Below the pieces are notes generated by a model that did no database searches, was not told the origin of the DNA, and worked only from the letters and a program-made list of their open reading frames with translations. Made by a program: the position numbers and the translations under genes. Positions 20,317 through 29,993 of a stretch of 64,000 bases of DNA are shown piece after piece. This DNA comes from Sandaracinaceae bacterium. Its GTDB lineage: Bacteria; Myxococcota_A; Polyangia; Polyangiales; Sandaracinaceae. Location: the NCBI GenBank assembly GCA_044220955.1, contig JBGAQA010000022.1, forward strand, positions 20,734 through 84,733. Reading direction: 5' to 3'. Within the stretch, counting starts at the first letter, position 1. The number at the start of each line of letters is the position of its first letter.

Positions 20317-23300
20317 ATGAAGGCTTGGGCCCCGTCGCCCGGGCCGATCGCGGTGTTCTTGCTCGCTCTCGAGGAGCGCGGCGCGGATGGGAGCGTCGAC
20401 TTCGGGGAGCGGCGCATCGTGCTTCGGCGCGGAAAGGTCGTGGAGGTCACGCGCGCGCCGAGCGACGCGAGCCTGCTCGACATGCTGCGAACGACGGGCA
20501 AGGTGGACGACAACCTCGCGGCGCAGCTCCTCGCGGCGGCTCCGGATCCGGACGTGCTGCCGGACACGATCCCGGGGGTCTCGTCCGACGCGCTCGAGGA
20601 GGCCCTCCGCACCGTCTGGCTCGACCGGCTCGTGCAGATGCTCGAGCGCTCGGACCGCGCCGTGGAGGCGGTGCCGCCGCTCCGTCCCTCGCCTTCGCGA
20701 CCCTCCGCCCACGAGATCGGGCTCTTCGGCCTGCTCCTCGACGCGCTCGAGCGCCGCGCGGCGGAGAGCGAAGCGGAAGAGGTCGGCAAGCGCGCCGGCC
20801 AGATGCTCGAGTGGACCGAGGGACCGCTCGCCGCGCGCGGGCGCAAGTGGGCGGGCTTCGGTGTCGTGGCCGACGGCCACTCCATGCGCGTCGGGCAGGT
20901 GCTCTCGACCAACCCGTCGGCGCCCTCCCGCATCGCTGCGCTGGTGCGCGCCGGCATCGTCCGCCTCTCGGGGTCGCGGACGAGCATTCCCGCTCCGGCG
21001 CCGCGGCTCTCGCTTCCGCCGACGGACGCCGCCGAGCGCTCGTCGATCCCGCCCGTGAAGGCGCCCGAGGTGCGTCTCGGGCCGGGCGCCGCCCGAGCAT
21101 TCGACGACGAGATCGTCCCGCCACCGCTGCCCTCGCTGCCGCCGCGCGGCAAGGCGCTGGACGATCCCTTCGCGCCCCTCGAGCGCCGGATCGCCGTCCT
21201 CGAGCAGCGCGACGCCGATCCGCTGGATCGCGCGGCGGCCTGGCGCGCGCTCGGGGACGCTCTGCGAACGCGCTGCGGAGCCCTCGAGGAGCAGGTCCGC
21301 TGCTACCGCGAGGCGGTCGCGGCCACGCCGACGGATGCCGAGCTGCTTCTGGCCACCGCGGACGCGTGTGCGGCGACGCGGCAGACCGAGCTCGCGCTCG
21401 CCTATGCGCGCGCGGCCATCGCCACCAAGACGGATGCCGAGGGCCGCCAGCGAGCGCTCCTCGCCTACGCGCGGCTCGCGCGCCGCATCGGCCGGCCGAC
21501 CGACGCGCTCGCCGCGGCGCGGGCCGCATCGACGCTCGGATCTTCGACGGCCGGCGAAGGCGAGGCCGACGCGCTGACGCTCTCGGGCCAGCTCGAGGCC
21601 GACGCAGGGCTCGCGCGCGAGGCCGTGGCCGACTGGGTCGAGGCGGCCATCGCGACGCGGCCCTCGGACCCGGCGCTGGCGCACGCGCTCTTCGCCTCGG
21701 CGTACCTGCTCGATCCGAGCGAGCGCGCGGCCGACGCTCTGAGCAGCTCGCTCACGGAGCTGGGGTTCGCCGACGCCGCGCTCGCCGTCCGTGCACGCGG
21801 CGCGCTCTCCGCGAACGACTCGGACGCCCGGCGGCGGGCGCTGCTCTCCACCGCCGAGCGCGCCGAGCTGGCCGGACGGCCCTCGCTCGCGGCGGACCTG
21901 CTCCTCGCGGCGTTCGCCGAGGAGCCCGAGTTCGACCTGCTCTACGAGCCCCTCGACGCGGACCTCGAGCAGGCCGGTCGGCTGGTCGAGCGCGCGATCG
22001 TCCTCGAGTCGATCGCGCTCGCGTCGGGGCCGGAGCTCGCCGAGGAGTGGGGCCTGCGATCGGCGCGCGCGTGGCTGGTCCTCGAGTCGGACGAGGCGCG
22101 GGCGCTCGGGGCCGCGCAGCTCGCGCGGATGGCGGCCGACGGCTCGGGGCGCGCGCTCTCGGAGCTCTCGCGCCTGGCCGAGCAGGGCGATCCGGACGCG
22201 TTCGACGCGCTGGAGGAGGCGGCGCATCGCGCCCCCGCGCGCGAGACGAAGGTGGCCCTCCTCGAGGAGATCACGCGTCGCGCCGGGACGCGCCAGCCGG
22301 GGCGGCTCGCCTGGGCGATGCGCTCGCGCGGCCTCGCGCCGCCGTCGGTCCTGGAGGGCGAGGCGGAGATCGAGGAGCGGCGCGTCGCGCACGTGCTGGG
22401 CGAGCTCGGGATGGGTGGCGCGGTGAGCGCCGCACCGCTCTTCGAGGCCGTGGCGATCGCGCGGCGCGCGCCCGACACGCGCTCGGGCGTGCTCGCCATG
22501 CTCGCGCAGCTCGCGGCGCGCGACGCTCGGGCGGCGTACGCCGCGGCCCACCTCGCGCGGCTCGGCGGTGACGACGCGCGCGCAAAGGAGCTGCTCGAGC
22601 TCTCCCCCGACGCGGGCGAGGGAAGAGGGCGCGTGCAGCGTGCGCTGGCGCGGCTCGAGACGGATCCGGGTCACGCAGCGCGCGCATGGGAGCGGGCGCT
22701 CGCGGCGGACCCGACGAGCGAGGAGGCGCGCATCCGGCTCGTCGCGCTCGCGCGGCGTGCCGGTGACGTGGCCCTGCTCGAGCGGGCGCTGGAGACGCGC
22801 CTCGGGTGCGCGACCACGACGGCAGAGGAGGCGCGCGCGGCGCTCGAGCTCGCCGACCACCAGCGCTCGCGCGATCGCGCGCGGGCCTCGGAGCTGGCCG
22901 AGCGGGCGCTCGGCGCCGATCCGAGCGAGCCGCGCGCAGCGCTCCTCGTGCTCGAGGCGGCGCACGATCGCTGTCCGAGCGGGCCGGCGCTCGCGTGCGT
23001 GCGCGCGCTGATCGGCGAGACCGCGGAGGGGCAGCGCGCCCTGGCTCGCCGGGCGGGCACGAGCACGGAGGCCCTCGCGGCCACGGTGCGCTGGGCCGCG
23101 CTGGCGCCGTGCTCCCCGGAGCCTCTCACCGTGGCGCTCGAGGAGAGCCTGGCCCGCGACATCGAGGAGTACGTCGAGGCCGGGACCGTCGCACTGCTCG
23201 AGAGCCAGCGCATCACGCCCGGGGTCGAGCCCTCGCTCGTGCGCGCGCTGGAGCGCCTCGCGGCGATGGGGCGTCTCGAGCGTGCCGGCGACCTCGCGCT

Positions 23301-26136
23301 CCGCGCTGCCGCGCTGCTGCCCTCGGCCGGACCGGCCATCGCCGATCTCGCGCTCTCCATCGCGACGCGCGCCGGGAGCCCCCGCCTCGTTCGCGACGCG
23401 ATGGAGCTGCGGCTCTCGCTCGGGTCGCGGGAGGAGCGCGGCGCGCAGCTCCGCGTGCTGGCCGAGCACCATCGCAAGGCCGGTGACGTCCCGAGCGAGA
23501 TGCGGGCGTTGCTCCGGCTGCTCGCGGCCTCGCCGCGCGATCCAGCGGCGATCGATCGCCTCGCTGCGATCCACGCGGAGGCGGGTAACCACGATCAGAT
23601 GCTCGCGACCCTCGCGCTCCGGACCGACGAGGGCGCCTCGCCGGTCGAGCGCGCCATCGGACTGCTCTCGCTCGCGAAGGCGAACCTCGAGGTGCTGCAC
23701 GACGAGGCGCGGGGCGACGAGTTCCTCGCGGCCGCGATCGAGCCGCCCGACACGGACGAGAGCGAGCCGCAGCGCCTCGAGCGATTGATGACGGTCGCGC
23801 TCGGCATGGTCTCGCTCGGCCGCAGCGGCCAGGCCGTGGATCTGCTGGAGGCGCAGGCCAAGGTCGATCGTCCCGGAGGCCATCGGCTGGTCGAGCGCGC
23901 GATCGAGATCTCGCTGCGCGAGCGGGCCGACCGCGATCGTGCGTTCGCCCTGCTCGAGGGGGAGCTCGGGCGGCGCGGGACCTTGAGGGGCCGCTTGCTC
24001 CTCATGTTCGAGCAGCTCTCGCTCGAGCGGCGGGACGTCGCCCTCGCCGAGCGCGTGTACGCGGCCCTGATCGACGGCGCGATGGGGGACAGCGGCCGGC
24101 GGGCGCTCCGCTATCGGAGGGCGCGCTGGCTCGAGAAGGCCGGCGCCTCGCGCGCCGCGCTCGCGGCGTACGTCGATGCCTGCGAGCACGCGTCTTCCAC
24201 GGGCGCGATCGCCAGCGCGCTCGAGCGCCTCTCGCGCGAGCTCGGCGACCTCGAGGGGCTGACGCGCGGCCTGATGGCGCTCTCGCGCTCGGCGCCGCAT
24301 CCGGTGCTCGCGGAGCGCCTCGTGCGCCGCGCGGCGCGCGTGATGATCGAGGAGATGGCCCGTCCCGAGAGGGCGTTCGACGTCCTCTTCGCCTCGTGGA
24401 AGGAGTCGTTCAGCGCGGAGGTCGAGGACGACCTGGCGCGCGCGGCGAGCGCGACGGAGGAGGTCGACCCGGCGCGGGGTGCGGCGGCCTTCCAGGGCAT
24501 CTTCGACTCCATTCGCGCGCGGGCCGACGACGCGTGGACCGGGGAGGAGAAGGCGCGCCTGCTCCGCAAGCTCGCGCGTGTTCACCGCGCGCGCGGCGAC
24601 CTCGCGTCCGCCGAGTCCGTGGCGCGTGAGGCGATCGCTGCGCAGCGCGCCGACGACCCGGACGAGATGGCGCTCGCGACGGCGCTCACCGAGCTCGCGG
24701 GCTGGCTCGAGGCGTCCAAGCCCGGCGAGGCGCGCGTGCTCGTGACCGAGGCGCTCGCGCTCGACGGCACCAACGAGGACGCCAAGGCGCTCGCCGCGCG
24801 TCTGCCGGCCGCCGCTGCGACCGCGCCGGCGCCCCCCGCCCCCCCTTCGTCCGCACCGCCAGAGCCGTCCGCATCGTCGTCCCCGGCCGTCGCGCCGGCG
24901 CCCCCCGCCGACGAGCTCGAGGAGCCGATCCCGCTCACGCGGCGCTCCGTCCCGCCCGAGCCGATGGCCGTGGTCGCGGCGCCGGAGGCGGGGCCGCCCG
25001 CGATCGAGCTGCCAGACGCCACGCCCCGCGTCTCGTTGCTCGACGTCTACCGCCCGATGTCGGCGCCGCCACCCTCGGCGGGTAAGCCGCTCGTCGAGCC
25101 GGAGTCGAGCAAGAGCGAGCTCGATCTCCTCCTCGAGCGCGCGGGGGCGGCGAGCCGGGCCCTCGAGTCGGAGACCGCGTGCGCGCTGCTCCGCGCGGCC
25201 CTGCTCCTGGACCCGAGCCGTCCCGACATCGCAGAGCGACTGGCGCGCGAGGCCGAGGCGTCTGGACGCGACACCGAGCGCCTGCTCGCCCTCGGCGCGA
25301 TGGCCTCCGGGAATCGAGCGGTCGGGGCCTGGACGGTGTCGCCGCAGGCCGCGCGCGGCTCGCTGGCGGCGCACCTGGGGCACCCCGCTCACGCGCCGCT
25401 CCTGACGGTGCTCGGCAAGATCTACGAGAGCTGCCAGCCCGTGTTCCGCACGCAGCTGGCGCAGCTCGGGGTCGTCGGCACCGATCGCGTGGGGGCGCGC
25501 GGCGCGTCTCCCGTCGCCAAGGCGCTGCTCGCGGCGGTCGAGCTCTTCGGCTGGGAGGAGCCGCAGCTCTTCGTCGCGCGCCGCCCCATCGTCTGCGAGC
25601 TCGTCCGCTCGCAGCCGCCCGCGCTGGTGCTCGGGCTCGATCTACCGCGCGCCGAGCGCGAGCTGCGCTTCGTCGTCGCCCGGGGCCTCACCCTCGCCCG
25701 CCCGGAGAACGTGCTGATCGCGAGCCTCGGGCCCACCGAGGGCGCGAACCTCCTCGCGGCGATCCGGGCGGCGTTCGGCCCCGCCGATGGCACGCGCGTC
25801 TCGCGCGAGGCCGCCGCGCTCGCGAGCGAGCTGTGGCGGCTGCTCTCCCCCGCGCGGCAGCGCGAGGTCCGCGATCTGCTCGCCCAGGCGTGGGACACGC
25901 TCGACTACCCGTCGGTCCGCGGGTCGATCCTCGGCGGCGCCGCCCGTGCGGGCCTGCTCGTCGCGGGGGACGTCGGTGCGGCGCTTCGCGGGCTCGCGCT
26001 CGTCGAGCAGCCACGCCTCGAGATGTCCGAGGGGCAGCCCGGCCTCACGCTCGCGCGCACGCACGGCCCGGCCGCCGACCTCGTCCGGTTCGCCTTCGGC
26101 GACGCGCTCGTCGACGCGGCCCGCGTCGTGCGCTGA
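20317..26136 (+). CDS. Giant (about 1940 aa) TPR-repeat protein of myxobacterial type
   Basis: Long Ala/Leu/Arg-rich helical repeats (AWERALAADPTSEEA, ALALDGTNEDA); Pro-rich linkers; C-terminal ELRFVVARGL domain; GC3-biased frame. Confidence 0.8.
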   Translation: MKAWAPSPGPIAVFLLALEERGADGSVDFGERRIVLRRGKVVEVTRAPSDASLLDMLRTTGKVDDNLAAQLLAAAPDPDVLPDTIPGVSSDALEEALRTVWLDRLVQMLERSDRAVEAVPPLRPSPSRPSAHEIGLFGLLLDALERRAAESEAEEVGKRAGQMLEWTEGPLAARGRKWAGFGVVADGHSMRVGQVLSTNPSAPSRIAALVRAGIVRLSGSRTSIPAPAPRLSLPPTDAAERSSIPPVKAPEVRLGPGAARAFDDEIVPPPLPSLPPRGKALDDPFAPLERRIAVLEQRDADPLDRAAAWRALGDALRTRCGALEEQVRCYREAVAATPTDAELLLATADACAATRQTELALAYARAAIATKTDAEGRQRALLAYARLARRIGRPTDALAAARAASTLGSSTAGEGEADALTLSGQLEADAGLAREAVADWVEAAIATRPSDPALAHALFASAYLLDPSERAADALSSSLTELGFADAALAVRARGALSANDSDARRRALLSTAERAELAGRPSLAADLLLAAFAEEPEFDLLYEPLDADLEQAGRLVERAIVLESIALASGPELAEEWGLRSARAWLVLESDEARALGAAQLARMAADGSGRALSELSRLAEQGDPDAFDALEEAAHRAPARETKVALLEEITRRAGTRQPGRLAWAMRSRGLAPPSVLEGEAEIEERRVAHVLGELGMGGAVSAAPLFEAVAIARRAPDTRSGVLAMLAQLAARDARAAYAAAHLARLGGDDARAKELLELSPDAGEGRGRVQRALARLETDPGHAARAWERALAADPTSEEARIRLVALARRAGDVALLERALETRLGCATTTAEEARAALELADHQRSRDRARASELAERALGADPSEPRAALLVLEAAHDRCPSGPALACVRALIGETAEGQRALARRAGTSTEALAATVRWAALAPCSPEPLTVALEESLARDIEEYVEAGTVALLESQRITPGVEPSLVRALERLAAMGRLERAGDLALRAAALLPSAGPAIADLALSIATRAGSPRLVRDAMELRLSLGSREERGAQLRVLAEHHRKAGDVPSEMRALLRLLAASPRDPAAIDRLAAIHAEAGNHDQMLATLALRTDEGASPVERAIGLLSLAKANLEVLHDEARGDEFLAAAIEPPDTDESEPQRLERLMTVALGMVSLGRSGQAVDLLEAQAKVDRPGGHRLVERAIEISLRERADRDRAFALLEGELGRRGTLRGRLLLMFEQLSLERRDVALAERVYAALIDGAMGDSGRRALRYRRARWLEKAGASRAALAAYVDACEHASSTGAIASALERLSRELGDLEGLTRGLMALSRSAPHPVLAERLVRRAARVMIEEMARPERAFDVLFASWKESFSAEVEDDLARAASATEEVDPARGAAAFQGIFDSIRARADDAWTGEEKARLLRKLARVHRARGDLASAESVAREAIAAQRADDPDEMALATALTELAGWLEASKPGEARVLVTEALALDGTNEDAKALAARLPAAAATAPAPPAPPSSAPPEPSASSSPAVAPAPPADELEEPIPLTRRSVPPEPMAVVAAPEAGPPAIELPDATPRVSLLDVYRPMSAPPPSAGKPLVEPESSKSELDLLLERAGAASRALESETACALLRAALLLDPSRPDIAERLAREAEASGRDTERLLALGAMASGNRAVGAWTVSPQAARGSLAAHLGHPAHAPLLTVLGKIYESCQPVFRTQLAQLGVVGTDRVGARGASPVAKALLAAVELFGWEEPQLFVARRPIVCELVRSQPPALVLGLDLPRAERELRFVVARGLTLARPENVLIASLGPTEGANLLAAIRAAFGPADGTRVSREAAALASELWRLLSPARQREVRDLLAQAWDTLDYPSVRGSILGGAARAGLLVAGDVGAALRGLALVEQPRLEMSEGQPGLTLARTHGPAADLVRFAFGDALVDAARVVR

Positions 26137-26384
26137 GTTTCGGGGGGCGTGAGCCGCCCCCTCGACGCACCGGCGGAGCCGGATGCGCCTCACCCCCTCA
26201 CCGACTCGGCTCGCTACCGCTCGCCTCGCGGGGCACACCGCTCGCCGCGCGCACCGGCCTCGTCGTGCCCGAGTCCGTCGTCGCTCTTGGGACAGACTCT
26301 GAGCAGGCGGCTCGGAGCCGTGAGCCCGGCGAGCCGGGCCCACAGCCGTCGTGTCGCGTCCGCGGCCCGGCCCCCTCGGGCCGT

Positions 26385-27071
26385 TCAGCAGCCGTAGAGC
26401 GAGAGCCCGTCCTGGCCGGGGAGACACGAGGGCGCGTTGATCGGAGCGCCCATCGCGTCGACGGCGCACTGGAAGAGGCAGCCCACGCAGAGGTTGATCG
26501 GGAAGAGCACGGGGCCCGACGTGAGGGTGGCGCCGCCCGCCGTCGTGCCGATCACGCGCACGCGGACGAGGATCGGACCGCCCGCGGGGAACGCCGCACC
26601 GAGCGCCTGCCCGTACGAGTCGGGGATGACCGTCGCCGCCGCGATCCCGAGCGTGGGATCCATGCTCGCCGTCGACGCGACCGCGCCGTCGGCCGGGACC
26701 AGGAACGGGTTCGGCAGCCCGGCGAGCCCGACCGTCGCTTCCGACGAGTCGAGGAGGGTGACCTCCATGTGGTCGATGATGATTCGGTCGGGGTCCGCCA
26801 TGAGCGGGTAGATGCGGTTGCCGTTGTTGATGAGCTGATTGCCCACGCGGACGGCGATCGTGTACGTGATCCCGTTGGGACGCAGCGTCGCGGGCGCGCC
26901 CGTGCTGACGTCGAGCGTCCCCTGCGCGAGGAGCGCGTTGGTCGCGGTCACCGTGCACATCTCGTCCAGCGTGAGGACGCCCTCGGCGACCAGGCCGGGG
27001 TTCGACGGAGCGCATCCGAGCGCGAGGCCGAGCGCACAGGTGCCGAGAAGGAAGTTCGTCGTGAGTCGCAT
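26385..27071 (-). CDS. Hypothetical lipoprotein (beta-rich, Cys-containing C-terminus)
   Basis: Lipobox ALGC; SD-like GGAGG; FPINLCVGCL...C...GQD tail. Confidence 0.75.
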   Translation of the reverse strand: MRLTTNFLLGTCALGLALGCAPSNPGLVAEGVLTLDEMCTVTATNALLAQGTLDVSTGAPATLRPNGITYTIAVRVGNQLINNGNRIYPLMADPDRIIIDHMEVTLLDSSEATVGLAGLPNPFLVPADGAVASTASMDPTLGIAAATVIPDSYGQALGAAFPAGGPILVRVRVIGTTAGGATLTSGPVLFPINLCVGCLFQCAVDAMGAPINAPSCLPGQDGLSLYGC

Positions 27072-27174
27072 GCAGCCTCCGAGGCGGCGCCCGAGCGAGC
27101 GCCGTAGGGAAAGCGTAAGGGGGGAGGGGGCTCGTCGCCAAATTTCGGCGTCGAGAACCGGCTGGTCGGCCGGT

Positions 27175-28734
27175 TCAGCCGCGGGCCAGCTCCAGGATCC
27201 GGCCTGGATCCAGCAGCTCCGTGCGCACGTGCCCGGGGGGCCCGGGAACGACGAAGCGGACCTGGGCGCCTGCCCGCTTCTTGTCGCTCGCGAGGAAGCC
27301 GGCGAGGCGCGGATCGGCCAGGGCAGCATCGAGGTCGACCGGCAGCCCGAGCGCGACGAGCAGCCGCGTCATCCGATCGACGTCGGCGCTGCTCGCGTCG
27401 CCGAGCGCGCGGCCCACGCGCAGCGCCGCGATCATCCCGAGGCCGACGCACTCGCCGTGCGTGCGCGCGTAGCCGCTCGCCGCCTCGATCGCGTGGCCGA
27501 GGGTGTGCCCGAGGTTGAGGTGCGCGCGGATGCCCGCTTCGCGCTCGTCCTCGGCGACGATCGCGATCTTGGTGGCGATCGCTCGCCGCACGACGTCGGT
27601 GAGCATCCCGAGCTGCGGCGAGCGCGCGCCGCCGAGCCGCTCGAGCGCGGCGACGTCCTGCGGTCCGGAGAGCCACGCTGCCTTCGCGATCTCGGCCAGC
27701 CCGGAGCCGTACTCGCGGTCGGGCAGCGACTCGAGGAAGTCCAGATCGCAGACGACGAAGCGCGGCTGGTGGAAGGCGCCGATCAGGTTCTTGCCCTCCG
27801 CCCGGTCGAAGCCCGTCTTGCCGCCGACCGACGCGTCCACCATCGCCAGGAGCGTCGTCGGCACCTGTGCGAACGAGACGCCGCGGAGCAAGGTCGCCGC
27901 CGCGAAGCCCGCGAGGTCCCCGACGACGCCGCCGCCGACCGCGAGCACGAGCGCGTCGCGATCGACCCGGGCGCCGAGGGCCGCGTCCCAGATCGCCTCG
28001 ACGGACGCGAGCGTCTTGTGCGTCTCGCCCGCTGCGAGCACCACCTCGCGCGTGCGGATCCCCTGTCCCTCGATCTCCGACCGCACCGCCGACGCCATGC
28101 GCTCGGTGTTCGTGTCGCCGACGATCAAGACGCTCGTGGGGGCCCCGGCCTGCGCGGCGATCCGACGCCTGGTGCCGAGTCCCACGAACACCCGGTACGT
28201 GCGAGCCCCGAGCGGCACCACGAGCGCCCCTGCCGCGGCGATCGCGAGCAAGTCCGGAACCGCGCGATCGAGATCGAGCGCCGACGTGTCCATCGTGGCG
28301 TGGCACTCCGCGTACGCCGCAGCGCGCGACTCCAGGATGCGTGCCAGCGCCGCGCGCGCGCCCTCGCCCGGCGCCGAGAGGAGCGGGCGCCCGGCACCGT
28401 CGCCGACGCGCGCGAGGAGCACGTCGAGCGGCGCCGTCAGCGTCACCAGCGTCCCGGCCCGCAGCAGCGCGCGCCGTGTCGCGCGGTCGGTCACCGTTCC
28501 CCCGCCGAGCGCGACCACGTCGTAGTCGCCGCCCGCGAGCTCGAGCGCCATCGCCCGCTCGATGGCGCGGAAGCCAGGCTCGCCCAGCGCGCGGAAGAGA
28601 TCGGCGACGCTCGCGCCGTGCCGCGCCGCGACCGCCTCGTCGAGATCGACGACGCGTCCACCCCCGCGCGCCGCGAAGGCACGCGCCAGCGTCGTCTTCC
28701 CCGACCCCATCGGCCCGGAGAGGAAGATCGTCAT
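27175..28734 (-). CDS. aroKB: Bifunctional shikimate kinase / 3-dehydroquinate synthase
   Basis: AroK: GPMGSGKTT, DLD, GEPGFRAIE, GGG, RPLL. AroB: GGGVVGDLAGF, PTTLLAMVDASVGGKTG, NLGHTLGHAIE, HGE. Confidence 0.93.
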   Translation of the reverse strand: MTIFLSGPMGSGKTTLARAFAARGGGRVVDLDEAVAARHGASVADLFRALGEPGFRAIERAMALELAGGDYDVVALGGGTVTDRATRRALLRAGTLVTLTAPLDVLLARVGDGAGRPLLSAPGEGARAALARILESRAAAYAECHATMDTSALDLDRAVPDLLAIAAAGALVVPLGARTYRVFVGLGTRRRIAAQAGAPTSVLIVGDTNTERMASAVRSEIEGQGIRTREVVLAAGETHKTLASVEAIWDAALGARVDRDALVLAVGGGVVGDLAGFAAATLLRGVSFAQVPTTLLAMVDASVGGKTGFDRAEGKNLIGAFHQPRFVVCDLDFLESLPDREYGSGLAEIAKAAWLSGPQDVAALERLGGARSPQLGMLTDVVRRAIATKIAIVAEDEREAGIRAHLNLGHTLGHAIEAASGYARTHGECVGLGMIAALRVGRALGDASSADVDRMTRLLVALGLPVDLDAALADPRLAGFLASDKKRAGAQVRFVVPGPPGHVRTELLDPGRILELARG

Positions 28735-29963
28735 CTCAGACCGTGCTTCTTGGCCAGGCGCGCGAGGTGGTTTCGATCGATCCCCGCCTCGTCGGCCGCG
28801 CGCGAGACGTTGCCGCCGGCGCGATCGAGCAGATCCTCCACGTAGCGCTTCTCGAACGCGTCGAGGAGCTTCTCCTTGGCCTCCTTGAAGGGCAGGCGAA
28901 CCAGATCCGCGTCGTCCCACGCCGGCGCTGCGGCCTCGGCGGGCCGAGGCGCGTGGGCGCGGAGCAGCGTCTCCTCGATCGTGCGGCGCAGCTCGCGCAC
29001 GTTCCCGGGCAACGACTGGCCGCGGAGCGCGCTCAGCTCGGCGCTCGAGAGGCGAACGTCGGGGTAGCCGAGCTCGGAGGCGATCGCCTCGACGAGCCGA
29101 GGCAGATCCTCGAGGCGCTCGCGCAGGGGCGCGAGCTCGATCCGGAGCGAGCCGAGGTGGAAGAAGATCTCGCGCCGCAGCACGCCCGCCTCCACGGCCG
29201 CGCGCGGCTCGCGCGTCGAGCTCGCCACCAGCCGCACGTCCGCGCCGATGCGCTCGCGCGCCTCGAGCAGGCGGAGCACCGCGTCCTGAAGGCTCGCGGT
29301 CGTCTCGTCGAGGCGCTCGAGCACGAGCGTCCCGCCGGCCGCGGTGTCGAGGAAGGCCGCGAGCGAGCTCGGGGCGGTGCGCGGGTCGAGATCGAGCACG
29401 ACGAAGGGCGCCGCCTGTCGCAGCGAGCTCTCGTGCAACGCGCGCGCGGCCTCGGTCTTTCCCGTGCCGGTCTCCCCGAAGATCCAGACGGGCGCGTTGC
29501 TGCTCGCCGCGCGATCGAGCTGGCCGAAGGCGCGGCGCATCGCCACGCTCGCGCCGACGAGCTTGCCGAAGCGCGTGAGCTCGGAGGGCAGCTCGGGCGC
29601 CGGCAGGTCGGCCGCGAGGATCTCGATCCGCGTCCGTCCCACCCGGATCTCGGCGCCGGGGAGCACGATGGCCGACTCGATGCGCGAGTCTCCGACGAAG
29701 GTCCCGTTCGTCGAGCCGAGATCCTTCACGCGGACGCCGTGGGCGAGCAGCGCCAGCTCCGCGTGGTAGCGGGACACGGTGCTCTCGCTCAGCACGAGGT
29801 CGGCCTCGGGCGCCGAGCCGATCGAGAGCGTGCCCGTCTCGAGCCGCTTCTCGAGGCCGCGCTCCTTGCCCGTGGTCACGCGCACGAGCACCGGGCGCGC
29901 CTCGGTCGGGCCGGCGTCGGTGCCGAGGATGCCCGTCCCCGGGCCCATGCGCGTCGTCTTCAT
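28731..29963 (-). CDS. FHA-domain sigma54-interaction-type (AAA+) regulator with Fis HTH; GAFTGA loop absent
   Basis: FHA (IGS...VSRYHA...DLGSTNGT), Walker A GETGTGKT, PGNVREL, GNVSRAA HTH. Confidence 0.85.
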   Translation of the reverse strand: MKTTRMGPGTGILGTDAGPTEARPVLVRVTTGKERGLEKRLETGTLSIGSAPEADLVLSESTVSRYHAELALLAHGVRVKDLGSTNGTFVGDSRIESAIVLPGAEIRVGRTRIEILAADLPAPELPSELTRFGKLVGASVAMRRAFGQLDRAASSNAPVWIFGETGTGKTEAARALHESSLRQAAPFVVLDLDPRTAPSSLAAFLDTAAGGTLVLERLDETTASLQDAVLRLLEARERIGADVRLVASSTREPRAAVEAGVLRREIFFHLGSLRIELAPLRERLEDLPRLVEAIASELGYPDVRLSSAELSALRGQSLPGNVRELRRTIEETLLRAHAPRPAEAAAPAWDDADLVRLPFKEAKEKLLDAFEKRYVEDLLDRAGGNVSRAADEAGIDRNHLARLAKKHGLR

Positions 29964-29993
29964 GATCTACCGGGAGATTTCTTAGCGAGACGC

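Noticed and set aside
20137..25392. 1751-aa antisense ORF and many other long overlapping ORFs (e.g. 27867-32018, 37316-39685, 54289-56601)
   Set aside because: Arg/Ala/Pro-rich shadow frames expected in very high-GC DNA; the opposite or alternative frames carry recognisable proteins
26137..26384. ncRNA in the convergent gap after the giant TPR gene
   Set aside because: Only short GC hairpins (e.g. GGGGGCG/CGCCCCC) consistent with a terminator or degenerate REP; no recognisable RNA family
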